This document shows, piece by piece, positions 1-14,100 of a DNA stretch of 64,000 nucleotides (position 1 is its first letter; every line of letters starts with the position of its first letter). The notes under the pieces were generated by a model that saw only the letters and a program-made list of their open reading frames with translations, did no database searches and was not told where the DNA came from. A program made the translations under genes and the position numbers. Source of the stretch: Antedon mediterranea (taxonomy: Eukaryota; Animalia; Echinodermata). The DNA lies in contig NC_092679.1 in the NCBI RefSeq assembly GCF_964355755.1, positions 774,201 to 838,200 on the forward strand. The letters run 5' to 3'.

Positions 1-182
1 AACAGTAAGTATAAAGATCTGCCTATACTACTATACTACACTGTACTATATAGTTTTTTTTTTAAAAAGTGTGATGTGCCCAAATATGGTAGTGATATGT
101 CCACATATGGTAGTGATATGCCCACATATGGTAGTGATATGACATCATTATGTTCATATATGGTAGTAGTAGTAGTACTTAC

Positions 183-1385
<1,203 letters not shown>

Positions 1386-2189
1386 TTTCGTGTTAATAAG
1401 CGTCTAGCAAATGTATAAAAAAATATAAAATGTACAGATATAATAAACGGCTGACTCTCTAAAACGGTTGACTCCCGGTCGTAATTATCAACACCCGGTC
1501 AGCCCGGTGGTATCCTCAGGAGACGCCCGGTCCAGTTTTATGATATAAAATGATGTAAATTACATTTTATTCAACATGCTTTAGAGTGGTAGTTTTAACT
1601 TATATATATTTTTATTTCCAGAAACAAGTTAAAACTAGTTAAAATAATGTAAAACTTTTTATTCGTCACAACACGTACGTCCACAACGCGTTCAACGCCA
1701 CGCAAAACATCACTTATTACGGAGGGCGGTCTTCAGTTTAAGGCGGTTTTCACGTCACAAAATGTACAAAACGTACAATTAATATCACAATAACATAATA
1801 TGTTAGCATGTACATTTTATATCATATAACCCTACCGCAAAAATGACGACGTCGTCAGCGTTAAAATCTCATGCACGTCCATTATCCGCAGACCCAACCC
1901 TACTTGGAACTTTTTAAACATTCTTTTAGCTTCAATACTCAGTCCATCTTTCTTTAATTCTCTTTATTTTGTTATCTGCATGCTTTATCTTTCTCTTTCT
2001 TTTTTTCCTCAAGTACCATCTCCCTAGGCTCTCTCAGATGGCCAATTTATTTTTCTCATTTGATTTCTATTATTTATTATTTTTTTCTTTTAGAACGTCT
2101 TTGTTTATTCATTATTTTATTTTTATTTTAGTTAATTATACTTTTTAAATTTTATATATTTATTTCAATTTTATTTTGAATTGTTGTAA

Positions 2190-2260
2190 ACTTTTTAAGG
2201 GTCCATGATCAGCTTCGGCTGAATGGACCGGCCTCGTTAAATTATTGAAATAAATAAATC
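2190..2260 (+). mobile_element. Probable LINE 3' tail fragment (stem-loop plus AAAT tail)
   Basis: GGTCCAT-GA-TCAGC TTCG GCTGA-ATGGACC hairpin followed by GAAATAAATAAATC and preceded by T-rich sequence, as in CR1/L2-clade 3' ends. Confidence 0.4.
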
Positions 2261-2309
2261 GATCATATTATATGCAGATAAAGGCAGGTTTGCGGCGCTA
2301 TTGTTCTAA

Positions 2310-2475
2310 AGCTCTGTCTACACTATCAAACTTTATGTGACAAAAAAATGTGATGTGCCCTTATATGGACACGATGATTTCATATCATTACCATGTTTGG
2401 GCATATCACTACCATATTTGGGCACATCACAATTTTGTTATCAAAACTAGTTTGATGGTGTAGAGTGACAGAGCT
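2310..2475. mobile_element. PIF/Harbinger-like MITE family H1 (about 165 bp)
   Basis: TIR AGCTCTGTCTACACTATCAAAC...GTTTGATAGTGTAGACAGAGCT, with a 3-bp TAA TSD in the best-preserved copies. Other full or partial copies near 15-165, 24026-24189, 26265-26405, 32582-32810, 35241-35378, 45068-45169, 48606-48756, 49160-49260, 49263-49404, 50353-50488, 50504-50628, 55639-55770 and 56915-57014. Confidence 0.8.
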
Positions 2476-2714
2476 TAGGAGCGTGGAAGTGAATGAACCT
2501 AGTCTAAGTGTCCCACGTGACCAAATTATTACGTCATAGCGAAGTTAATCAGCTGATTTTGGAAGCACGAATCATAACACACGCCGTGAAAAGCTAGCTG
2601 CTAAATGAAAATAGAGCAGCGCTGACTTTACTTGCACACGGCAGCTACGGGCTGGTGCTTGACATTTTAAAGTGCAATTCTGTATAGTTACATTATTTTA
2701 TTTCTGCTGAAAAC

Positions 2715-5700
2715 ATGGCAAACTTTGGTAAATATGTTCGTTTACTACACAGTGCTGAAGCTGTCGCTGAATTTCAAGCGCTTTTCGGTTTACAGAAAAT
2801 AAACAAAGCTAGGCCGCAAGAGGAAGACCACGCTGCTTCTGAAGATGAACAACAGAATGGAAAACTACCGGCGGCCTCCTCAACAAAAGAGTCGTCGGTT
2901 CACAAAAGAAAGCATGTTGATTCTCAACATTTACAAAACTCAACTTCAAGTAGTTTTGAAAATGATGAAATGGAATTGGATACTACAGACAATGTTATCA
3001 TAAAAAACAAAATATGGTATTATTTATTCTGTTTCGGTGCTGAACTAGGAAACAAATATTTTTATCTTGTGTTTTATCCATTTTTCATGTGGAATTTTTC
3101 TGCTTGGCTTTTAAGGAGGGCCATTTATGTGTGGGTTGTTACAATGTATTTAGGACAAGCTGCTAAAGAACTGATAAAAATGCCAAGACCATCGTGCCCA
3201 CCGGCCATTAAGATGGAAAGACGTTACGAAACCGAGTATGGCATGCCGTCAACTCATGCTATGGTTGGAGTATTAATGCCGTTCACTCTTTTGTTATCAA
3301 GTATTGGTCGTTTTGAGGTACACACATGATTTGATTTAATTTACTGAACTTTTTATTATGGCGCCTTCACAAAGTAGCCTTTTAAATACCTTGAAAACAG
3401 CCTTAAAGGTCTTTCACACTGTTCCGACACGGTTCTGGTCCGGCAAATCGAATGCCAATGTTTCGTTTTCACGATTCCCCACGTGGCTATGTGCGAAGTC
3501 GTGTGAAAACGAAACATTGACGTTCGATCGCATTTGCCGTTATCGTACAAACTGTTGATTGGCATTGACATCAACTTTTAAATTAAGTACAGCAATGCAT
3601 CAAAAGTATTAATAACTAATTTTGTTTTAATGTTTTTATTTTGCAGTATCCTTTCTTACTTGGACTTATTGTGGCAATCTTCTGGACAAGTATCGTTGTC
3701 ATGAGTAGAATGTATCTTGGTATGCATAGCTTACTTGTAAGAATAAATATTTATAATTCTAATAAATTTGTGTCTTAGAATTGAATAAGTATTTGCGCTC
3801 TTTGAAATTTCACAAGAATCCCTGTCATAATTCAATCAATTGATGACGTACAGTAGACTGCAATTAAAAAAAAAAGAATACTTTAGGAAGAGTATTGCGC
3901 AAAAGCAACTACAATACAGTCAATATTTTATAAAGGAATTTATTTTGTATCCTATATCAATATGTGGTGGTTTTGTAACCCATTAAGCACACACACTTTG
4001 CAAACATGATTTTAAACAAGATAACGCACTCATTCTGTCAGTATGAAAGCTGATGGTGATGGAAGTAGTGACCTATTTCCAATTTAAAAAAAAAATCAAA
4101 CAAGCGTAGTAATTATTTTCACCTATTTCTACATTATTTATCGTATATATTATTTTGAAAGATATCACAAAGTGTATTAATAACATATAGCATTATTTTA
4201 TTTTGTCTTCAGTTCAAGTTCATTAGCATAATACAAAAAATGGATAAAAATATTGAACTGTATTTGTATATTCCTTTTAAATATGTCTGTAAAACTAAGT
4301 ATTGGTATTTTAGTAATTAACATTTAAAAAACATGCACATACATAATAATTCAAAAGCATGGCAGATTTATAACAAAATATACACAAATCGGCTTATTTA
4401 ACGAATGTCAACGATGATCTAACGAGATACTAACAGATTTCAGTTCCTTTGTTAACATATATCCTCATTGTATGCAAATAACTGCCAAAAACATGAACTC
4501 TTTGACCTTTCAGTGGGAAGCGTTATTATTATGCTTTTAAACAAATACAATGAAAGAGAAAGAAAAGAACCACAAGCATTATTTCCTTTGTAAGTTAATA
4601 ATAATACTGTATGATAAACAATTTCCAGTAAATAAAAATATACGTGGAGTGTTTTTATACATTACATCATGATATCATGATAGACGCTAATTGAACAGAC
4701 TATGACGAGTATTATGTATTCTGTTATCGTCTGCTGTTAAATTATTATTCTCTGAACCAAAGTGAAACTCATTATTATGACACTACAGTCGTCATTCATT
4801 TAACACTTGAACTTTATTATCGTAATTCTTTATATAAAATAAATTGAAGTTGAACATAAAATATCGCATCCATATAAAAATACAAAACATTGCACTCAAC
4901 AAGTAATCAAAGATACACAAGATACTGTACATATTAACATACACACAAGACACATCACAACACTAGCTAAGGTATTTTACAATTTTGATATCTGAAAAGA
5001 ATTACTATGACCGAATAACCCGTACCACCAATACAACCATTTCGTACCCAGCCCTCCTGAGACGAAATACTCTGATTTAACACTTACTAAGGTATTTTAT
5101 AATTTTGAAAAGTTTTTTTTAGTTTTGAAAAGTAGTTTTATGACTGAAAAACCCATTCATTTATTGATCAGTGGAAAATTACTTCCATTTATTGTCATAA
5201 AATATATATACTGTACCACCAATATCCATGATTTTGTACCCAGCCCAGACTAAATACTAAATGTGTCTATTGATTCACTAATTAACGTAACTATTTTCAA
5301 ATTGTTATAGGATGTGATTGCTGGCATCACCGCTGGCACCTTACTGATGACAATGATGTTTCCTTTTCTTAATGTCATCGACGACTGGGTACTCAACAGT
5401 AAGATGGCGCCCTTCGTTATACTATTGCTTATACTTGTGTCAACTCTCGTATTCCCGAGGGACTCCAAGAAATGGCGTGAAACACATGCCGACACTTTGA
5501 ACATAACGAGTATCTCCGGTGGAATAGCAATTGGATCATGGATAAACACCTACATCGGGATGCTGGTTCCGTACACGGGATCGTTACCGTATGTGCTATC
5601 GCTACCAAGCCTTTTGACGATAGGAGTGATGCTACTTAGGATGGTTGTTGGCGTGCCTCTTCTTCTGCTGATGGACGAGATTTTAACGTTTTGTATACGC

Positions 5701-5880
5701 AACACAATGGCGAAATTGTTGGGCGTGCCGTTAAACAAGAAAACCAAACGACTAGCGCTTATTGAATTGCCGCATAGATTTGGAGCGTACTTTACTATGA
5801 CTGTTGTCTGTGTAACTATTTCACCTTTGACCTTTCAGTATTTAGGTCTTGACCCTCATGGTCCTTATATGGACTTATAA
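2715..5880 (+). CDS. SGPP1: Sphingosine-1-phosphate phosphatase (SGPP1/2-like, PAP2 family), about 420 aa
   Basis: Exons 2715-3317, 3647-3736 and 5311-5880 join in frame (603+90+570 nt). PAP2 motifs KELIKMPRP, EYGMPSTH and SRMYLGMHSLLD; ELGNKYFY segment; several hydrophobic helices. Probably a pro-orthologue of SGPP1 and SGPP2. Confidence 0.93.
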
Positions 5881-6945
5881 ACAATGAATAAAGACTTTTT
5901 GATTGATTTCATACATTTACTAAAAAGATAATTCGAGGAGTGCAGACTTAGTTATAGTCTAAACTTATCTTAAGCCACTGTGACTGTTGATACCATGGAG
6001 CTAGATAAATTTGTGCTAAAATAATTACAGTTAAAGTACTAGAGGAGGATCCATGAATTGATTAGGGAGGAAGAGAGCAATATATAATATTAATAATAGC
6101 CTGTTAAAAAGACATGTAGTTCATCATTTAATTTTAGATTTTTGAAAGGGTCACGTCCACATAGAGCCATGCCTATGTACAATGTAATAAAATACAGTAA
6201 TTCCTATTACCATGGAGTAATAATAATAAATGGTACAATGTAATCTATCAATTTTATACTTTCTCTGAACCTACTAGTTTTATATTTTCTGTTGTTCTTA
6301 TATTTTTTAAATTACAGTATATCTGTATTTGTTTGTAAAGTAAATTTTCATTTAACTTGACCAAAAATCTTTGGACACAAAATATAGTTTACTGAGCAAT
6401 TTTTAAAGTACTGTACAACAATTATAAGTTGATTAGTTGTGAGATAATATTAAAACAACAAACATTCATAGAGTATACAATAAGACTGAAACAGAAAATA
6501 ATTCATGTGGGACGTTCATAATTATACACTTCTTGCATGCGTTTTTAAAACAATAAAGTAATCTATGTTTTACTGTAATTTAACTGATGTTCAAACAATT
6601 GTGGAAAATTTAAATGTAAAATATATGATGCTTGTTGCATGATGTAATCATTGATTAAAGATATTTTAATTTAATCTTAATTTGTATAGCTTTCTTTGTT
6701 GTTTTTATATCTGTATTACAGTATTACAACACACATAAGAAGATGGCAACCAAACTTCACATTCTTTTAGTTTAGTGTTAAATAAGCCATGGAGAAATAA
6801 GTTTTTCCATGTATAACCATGGAGGTACCTCCATGGTATAACAGATGAGGTTTTTGTTTCAATTTGGTAGAGGAAACAATTAAAATAGAAAGAACAATAA
6901 ACAATAAGTTGATTTTACAGCTGTATGTCATTCAGTTTAACCTTG

Positions 6946-7047
6946 ACAAGCCCACCACAACAGATGCTGTTATCAGCCTAATTAGTATGTTGTAAACAAG
7001 CCCATCACAACAGATGCTGTTATCAGCCTAATTAGTATGTTGTAAAC
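6946..7047. repeat. Tandem duplication, about 51 bp x2
   Basis: ACAAGCCCAYCACAACAGATGCTGTTATCAGCCTAATTAGTATGTTGTAAA occurs twice in tandem. Confidence 0.85.
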
Positions 7048-8222
7048 CTATTAAAGATAGCCATCTTTAAAATACAGTTGAAAAATGAACCAATTCCACG
7101 TAATTCAGCTTGCATAATTACTATTTTATTGTATAGATTTACCAGTACTGTATTTTCAATATCATTTGCTTCTAAAAATAGATCAACCTAAACACATTTC
7201 AAAATTAATTAATTATGCATTTTGTGTGTTCTAGATTATTGAGAGTACCCTGTATACACTGATGGAATAAATATCAGGCATATATGATGGTATTAGATTA
7301 TACAGGTACAAGTATGTTTTACCATACAGATATTATCTCTATGGTTGTATCTTCTGATTGGAAGGTATTTACTACAGTTTTTAAGAATTACTGAGAATTA
7401 ATACGATTTGAGTCATCGAAAGGGCTTTCTGCCTTGAGCTCAATTTCCTGAAAAGCACCATTTAAACTAAATTTAGACAGTCTTGTATTAAGACCTATAC
7501 CCACACATTTTAACTGCTAAGGTTGATTATGTATGGAATGCCAAAAAGGCATTATAAACATAGTCTGTTGAGTTAGTATTTGGTATGCCATACACTTTAT
7601 GAAGTTACAGAAAAATTCAAAATAATATTCTGTTACCATACTGGTATTCATTTTACATATTACAGTATTTATTTAACTTTAATTTCTTCATAGCTAGCTT
7701 TAAATTATCAAACATTATATAAAAAAGTAAAACAACTTGTCAGAAGACCTACTTAATATCAGTTGGACTTTGTAGTCATTTATATCAAATGAACTATATC
7801 AAATAAGATTTATATTCAACATGATAATATCGATAGAAGTCCATGGTACGATTTTACAACGCCCAATTAGAACTTCATTTTTTATGATATTAAATCAGGC
7901 AACGAACTTAAGGCATTACCTAGGCATGCCCAGAAGTGTTCTGGCATCTTTCCCCGCCCCACCTTTAACTTTATTTTGGCATACAGAATAACTAGTAAAA
8001 TTACTCATAACATCAGATGGTACTTGGCATGAACCCAGTATCCTGGGATTTGAAGGCAAGCATGTTGTTTTCATCCACTTTCAATACTCTATGAGTGCTA
8101 TACATAATCTACAGAGAATCCTATACAGTAACCCACTCAGATCAGAAAATTTTGGAGCAGACGACTTCTTCATGATTTTAAATCATCATATCAATGTCTA
8201 AAATATGTTTTTCTAGCCTCAT

Positions 8223-8812
8223 TCATTCCGATTCATTTATTGACTTTAGCTTATCATAGATATTAGGTAGATTGTAGTTTAGCAAGCGGCTCATTCCAAG
8301 ACTAAACAGCACTGAAAAAAAAAACAATGAAAATTCAAATAAGTAAAGTTGTGACTTGGTGGTTATGATGCTTGGCTACCAATCCAAGGGTCATGGGTTT
8401 AAGTCCTGTCATGTCAGGATTTTTTCAAATGACTCCCAAAGACTTGTAATAAGACTTTGTTTATGTTACATAGAACATCTTTCGTATATGTTTGTCTTGT
8501 GAACAGGATTCGCTTATGGTTATTCGTGGCAATTAGATCGTTACAGCAATTTCTACAAAATTACAAATTAAGATTCCCCTTAAAAACCATAAAATAAAAC
8601 TTACAGACAGAGGTTATAACAGACGGTGCTCTGCTTAGTATTGGTCGTGTGGCATTGGCATGTCGTCTATATCCACCATAAACTACGTAAACACTCATTA
8701 ATATAGCAGCACCGCCACCAAACATTCGACATTCAAAGCAATCGTCGACATTAAAATCTTTGAGTTGTTCTACTTGTTCATCAAATTTGGCCTTGTTTGG
8801 GGCATTCATCAT
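8223..8812 (-). CDS. DMAC1: DMAC1/TMEM261-like (DUF4536) small membrane protein, about 98 aa
   Basis: Exon 8812-8605 (DCFECRMFGGGAAILMSVYVVY: a CxxCR..G.G motif followed by a TM helix) splices in phase 1 to exon 8311-8223 (LLFSLGMSRLLNYNLPNIYDKLKSINESE*). Acceptor near 8850 and a probable non-coding first exon with a donor at 9658. Confidence 0.75.
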
Positions 8813-9658
8813 TCAATGAATCAATCTGGAAATATCAGGAAGCTAGCACCTAGATAAAAAGATAATAATACAACTAACATCAGGGAAAAATTCCATTTAA
8901 AAATTGTTCTTAGCAATATTGCTAACCAAACTGATTTTTTAGTCACAAAACAGTTTGGTAATGGTAACATTGGTATTTTATTTTTTTGCTACACAATTTT
9001 AGAAATGTGTAGCAATAAGGTTGTTCTGTTTGTACAGCTTTACTGACGAAATTATTTCCTGAAATAAGAAATATTGAATTAGGCCTAGGCCTAGCCTAAT
9101 ATTAATAAATAATTTATAAATTATATATATTGTTCCACTGAAAAATATGTTTTGTTGAATATTCCACTTCTATTTTTACTATTTCCATATATATATATTC
9201 ATCTGCAAAAACTAATTTTTTTAATTTTTTTGTTTTGTGGGTAGGCCTAATAAAATAGGCCTAGCTAGGCCCCTAGCCTAGGCCTACATACAAATTTCAA
9301 AATACATCCATACAAAAACAGTTAATTATGCTTAATTTCTGAAAGTACTATACGAGCAAGAAACATGATCTATATCATTGTCACAAAATTAATTCAAGTT
9401 ACACGTGTGATACAACTAGCCAGTCCATGCATACCTAGGCCTAACATGTGCTACCTACAATAGGCCTACATCATGCCCTTCCCCTGACAAAACCAATGCT
9501 GAGTGGGCCTAGCTAGGCCTAGCTTGGGTAAAGTTTGGGCGTTTAAAAAGAAATTTAATTTTCTGCATTTAGAGAGAAGATATATAAACGTAAAATAAGT
9601 TGCGATAATGCATTTAAGCATTATTGGCTTTTAAAATAGTAAAAAAGAATGATTTTAC

Positions 9659-9811
9659 CAAATAATCACAAACGCCGTGTTTCTTGTTTTGACAACTTCC
9701 CTCTATAGTTTTAACAACAAAACATTGGAATTTTGACATAAATTAGCAAAACAGCAGGAGGAGGAGACAGCCAGAGAGGAAAAGACGATAATTGGTGATG
9801 AATTTGTCCAG
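9659..9811. promoter_or_regulatory. Candidate bidirectional promoter and first non-coding exons of DMAC1-like (-) and UNC79 (+)
   Basis: Outward-facing donors TTG|GTAAAA (minus strand, 9658) and CAG|GTTTGT (plus strand, 9812) lie between the ATG-bearing exons of the two genes. Both of those exons begin with a clear acceptor (about 8850 and 11100). Confidence 0.5.
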
Positions 9812-10043
9812 GTTTGTAATCGTTATTATTGATTTTAGATATTCTGACGCTTTTATAACATTATGAGATTGTTCTTGAGCCATCAAATGTATTTTGTTTT
9901 GATTTGGGAGGTCTTAAACTGTAATTTGACTTTTCTAGGCTTCATTTCATTCATACTAGACGGGTAACATTGACAACATCAATTCATTGTATTGTATAGC
10001 CTGAAAATACTATTATTATTTAGCCTAGCCTAGTCATTATTTA

Positions 10044-10912
10044 TGTTATGCGCGATTTGAACGATTTGCGCAATTTGAAATTGCGCAAAAAAATCCTTAC
10101 GCAATTTGAAATTGCGCAAAGAATTCTTGCGCAATTTAAAATTGCGCAATGATTTTTTTGCGCAATTTGAAATTGCGCAATCAACTTGCGCAATTTCAAA
10201 ATGCGCAAGAAAATCTTTGCGCAATTTTAAATTGCGCTGCACAATTTGTAAATTGCGCAAGATAGTTCTTGCGCAATATGACACCTTTGCGCAATTTGAA
10301 AACGAACTGTAAATTGTCAAATTGCGCAACAAAATTCTACCAGACAACGGTATTATAATAATTTATTGGAAACTAAATAACTCAAAATAAAACATAATAA
10401 ATGCGAAGATAACATGTGTATAATAAATTCATAACATTTATTATTACAATTAAATAATATTATCACTGTAACTTGAAATAAATGAAAATAAATGTAAAAA
10501 TTAAGTTTTTAATATTAGTTTAAGCTAGGCCATGTAACCTAGTCAGTATCAGTAGTCCAGACCCTAGCTAGGCTAGAGTAGTATAGCCGGCCGCCCGCGC
10601 CGCGCCCGCCTGGTGGAACACCACCGCTTCATTTTCCTTCGTCGGTTCTTCGACGGTATGAATATATTTGCACTACTAAAATAAGGAAATGCGATATTTA
10701 TCTTTAATTTTGAATCATTCTTAGAAATTACTATAAAAATATGGGTGTGCATGATTTCACAATCTGTCGAAAAACCTTGCGCAATTTGCAGATTACTTGC
10801 GCAATTTAATACGTTGCTTGCGCAATTTGAAACACATGTTTCAATTCAAATTGCGCAAGGATTTTTTTTGCGCAATTTCAAATTGCGCAAATCGTTCAAA
10901 TCGCGCATAACA
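10044..10912. mobile_element. Non-autonomous long-TIR DNA element, Ginger-like
   Basis: Termini TGTTATGCGCGATTTGAACGATTTGCGCAA...TTGCGCAAATCGTTCAAATCGCGCATAACA, inverted repeat of about 65 bp or more, 4-bp TSD TTTA (10040-43 and 10913-16). TGT...ACA ends with a 4-bp TSD fit the Ginger superfamilies. Confidence 0.7.
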
Positions 10913-11175
10913 TTTACAATATTATTTAATTAGCCTACTCTGTCCATTATCACGTGTAAAAACAGTCTTTTATGATATATTAATGAAAGGAAATTTAGTC
11001 TAATAAATAGAACTGCATGTTACAATGTGTGTATGGAATAGTCATGCAATTTGCATAAATTATAATTCTAAATATTTTATGATGTTTTATGATTTTTCAG
11101 AATGTAGAAAACTGAAGTAGCTGGTATGTTTTGAAAATTGCATTTAGTGACTGTTACAATTAAACAACTGCAATT

Positions 11176-14100
11176 ATGTCTACAAAATCAGAACAATGTA
11201 AGTATCCGCCAATCCATAAAGTGGTCATTCCTTTTTGACAAAATCGCCAACCCTGAACTTTTGACGTATTCAATTGGGAATTTTACTGTTGAGTATAGTT
11301 TTTCCGTTGAGTATTATTTAACAGAGTATTTTGAGCATTGAGGTTGAAGAAGAAGATGAAGAAATAAAAGTGGGATGAGACAAAAAATTATTTAATCATC
11401 ATTAATAATAATATTAATATTCATTTTTCAGGTGCACATACAGTAGGCCTTAGTAGATTTTTTTTTTTTGTAAAATTGTTTACACCACCAAAATGAAGAG
11501 AGCTTGTATAAAATATTTGTGTTTCTTTTTTTAGTTTCAAATAAGATCCGTAATCTGACTGATTACCAGAATCGTGTAATCAACAACACCGTGCCGCTTC
11601 CTAATGGCACTGATATTGCCAACACACTTAAGTATTTCTCACACACCCTTGGAAAGTAAGTTTGTACTATTTGTTTTATTATTTTGTTTTCTTCCTCAAC
11701 TTGTATGAAACTTTATTTAATGATTTTCTTTGTTATTTTCTTTTCAAAGCGTCTTAAGACTACAGAAATAAACTTTCTCTCTAAGATCCAAGCGATATTG
11801 TATGTAACAATGTAAATGTATATTGCTGAATAATGTAAATGTGAATAGTGAATCATTTTTGTTTAAATAAATCAAAATTCAATCAAATTACCATTATCTC
11901 TGATTTCAGTATAATCTTTGCCAAGTCTTTAAATTTATTGCAATACTATTGGGAGTGCAGTCGCATCAGATAACCCCTTACTGACCTTTCCTCTTTGTAC
12001 CAAGTGTCCCATAAGGCTACACGGTTCTCTCTATTCATTTCATTTCCGTAACAAAAGTTTGAACTGGATGCGTTTTCCTTGCCCTAAAACACACCCACTG
12101 ACACCTATAAATGGAGACTCTAACGTACCTCCCACCACTAAATCCTCGGACCCTTCATCAACCCCACAGAATATATACTGTGTTGATTTTAGAAGTAATG
12201 TGTTCTATTAGCACATATTAAAAAATATTTTAACAAAGAAATTGAATTGTTTTTTAGTATTCTGCAAAATGCAGCCGAAGAATGCAGTAGAATGAAGCCG
12301 ACGTCAACACGGCGACGCGTTAACATGAGACTGGCAAACTATCCTAGTCTGGATTACAATCAGTTCTACGACACATTAGTAGCACTTATAGATATTGTGG
12401 AGAAGATCGAATTTGGTCAATTGGGTAAATCTGTCAGATACAACACCATTGTAAATCTATAGAATAATATTGATGTGATGTGATGATATATATGTAAAGC
12501 ACCATTGAAAATGTTATTCATGAAAAGGGTGCTATATAAATGTAGTATTGTTTTATAGTATTAAAAAAAAACTAATTCAAATCTTTCAGATGAAAAAACA
12601 ATGCATAAGAGTTCAGTTCATTTATCAATTTATAGCATATAGATATTCATGTTTAATTCAATTTGTATAATATATTATTATTACCTATTACTGTGAACCA
12701 TTGATGAGTGAACAATGTAAAATTGAAATAACAAACTAGACATGAAACTCGTCACTTTGACGAGTTAGTTATCCGCTCGACAAACGCCACGTGCACGTCA
12801 TACGTTACAATATTGCGCACAGAAAAATATTAAGGCATTATGACCTGAACTGAAGAATATGATATGTTGTTATTTCTGAATTCTGTTATTTTGTGTCATA
12901 TAGTATACACAGTACAATCTGTATACATATCACAAACAGTGTAAAATAGGTGAAATTACGGGACCCGTATTTTATTGTAATTTTTAACATCTTGACGGTT
13001 TCAAAATGAAATGCAAAAGTAGAAATTTCAGAATGAAATTATCTCAGCAACAACATATTAACGTGTAGAAGAAATTTGAATACGTGAAATATTGATGCGC
13101 GCTCTTTTAAATGTAATGAAATATAATGCAAAAGATGAAAATACGACTTTTTTTATTTAACTGGCCATATGATGACGTCACGACATTCAATTGGCACAAT
13201 TTACACATGATTTTGTATCTACAATACAATAGCTTCCTGAAAACGTTTTAATCGTGATTATCACATTTTATTCTTACGAGGTATAACAGATTAAAATTTA
13301 CTGTAAAGATGAAATTAATGACCAACGTAATTTAAATTTTTAGGCATGATGACGTTAAAAAAATTAAAAAAATTTTAATTCATGCAAAAGATAGTTGATT
13401 GACCTAGAATATATTAAAATCGGGGTGAAAATAGACAACGAATAAGTGGAGATGCGCTCTATTAAATGTGATGAGCTATGACGAAAGAGACAAAAATCCT
13501 ATATTTTATATTCGCGTGGCCATACGATGACATCACAATGTCCGGTTACCCATATTAATGCATGATCCGATATCTACAACTCATCAACTTCCAGAATATG
13601 TAATTAAAAAAAAGTTCTCCATGTAGTTTAGAATCTATGACTGTTTAAAAATAGGCATAATTTTGACAAATTTTTGAACTTTTTCACCAAAAACGCGTGC
13701 AAATTATGTAATTCGACGTGCTCGTATGACGTAATTTTAAGTCGAAATTGTTTAAAAGTTGGTAACATTACTAGAAAAGGCTGAAAAAACATAAATCACG
13801 CGAAAAAAATATGTTTTTAACGCTACGTGTGCACCGCGTGCGTAAAAATTTTCGCGCGCGTGGGAATTTTTGACATGCTCAAAATGACATGAAACGCATA
13901 GAAAGTTGATTAGAAGTTGATTTTTCGCATCCTAAAATTTTAAACGCACGTACGCGCGTAACTTTTTGTGAAACATGCTATTTTTAATCCATAGAAAGTT
14001 TGCGTTTGATATGACTTAAATTTTCACAAAGTGTCAAAACAAAATTATGTTTGGTTTTTAGTCTATGATCAATCATTGAAATTCATAAAATCGCGCGTAC

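Noticed and set aside
8010-8420. tRNA-like sequences (also at 19878, 31445 and 36556)
   Set aside because: Degenerate A/B boxes without a complete cloverleaf; better explained as SINE heads.
10030-10933. ORFs 10030-10347, 10106-10312 and 10745-10933 with LRNFKLRK repeats
   Set aside because: They are translations of the TTGCGCAA palindromic arrays, open on both strands, with no splice or homology support.
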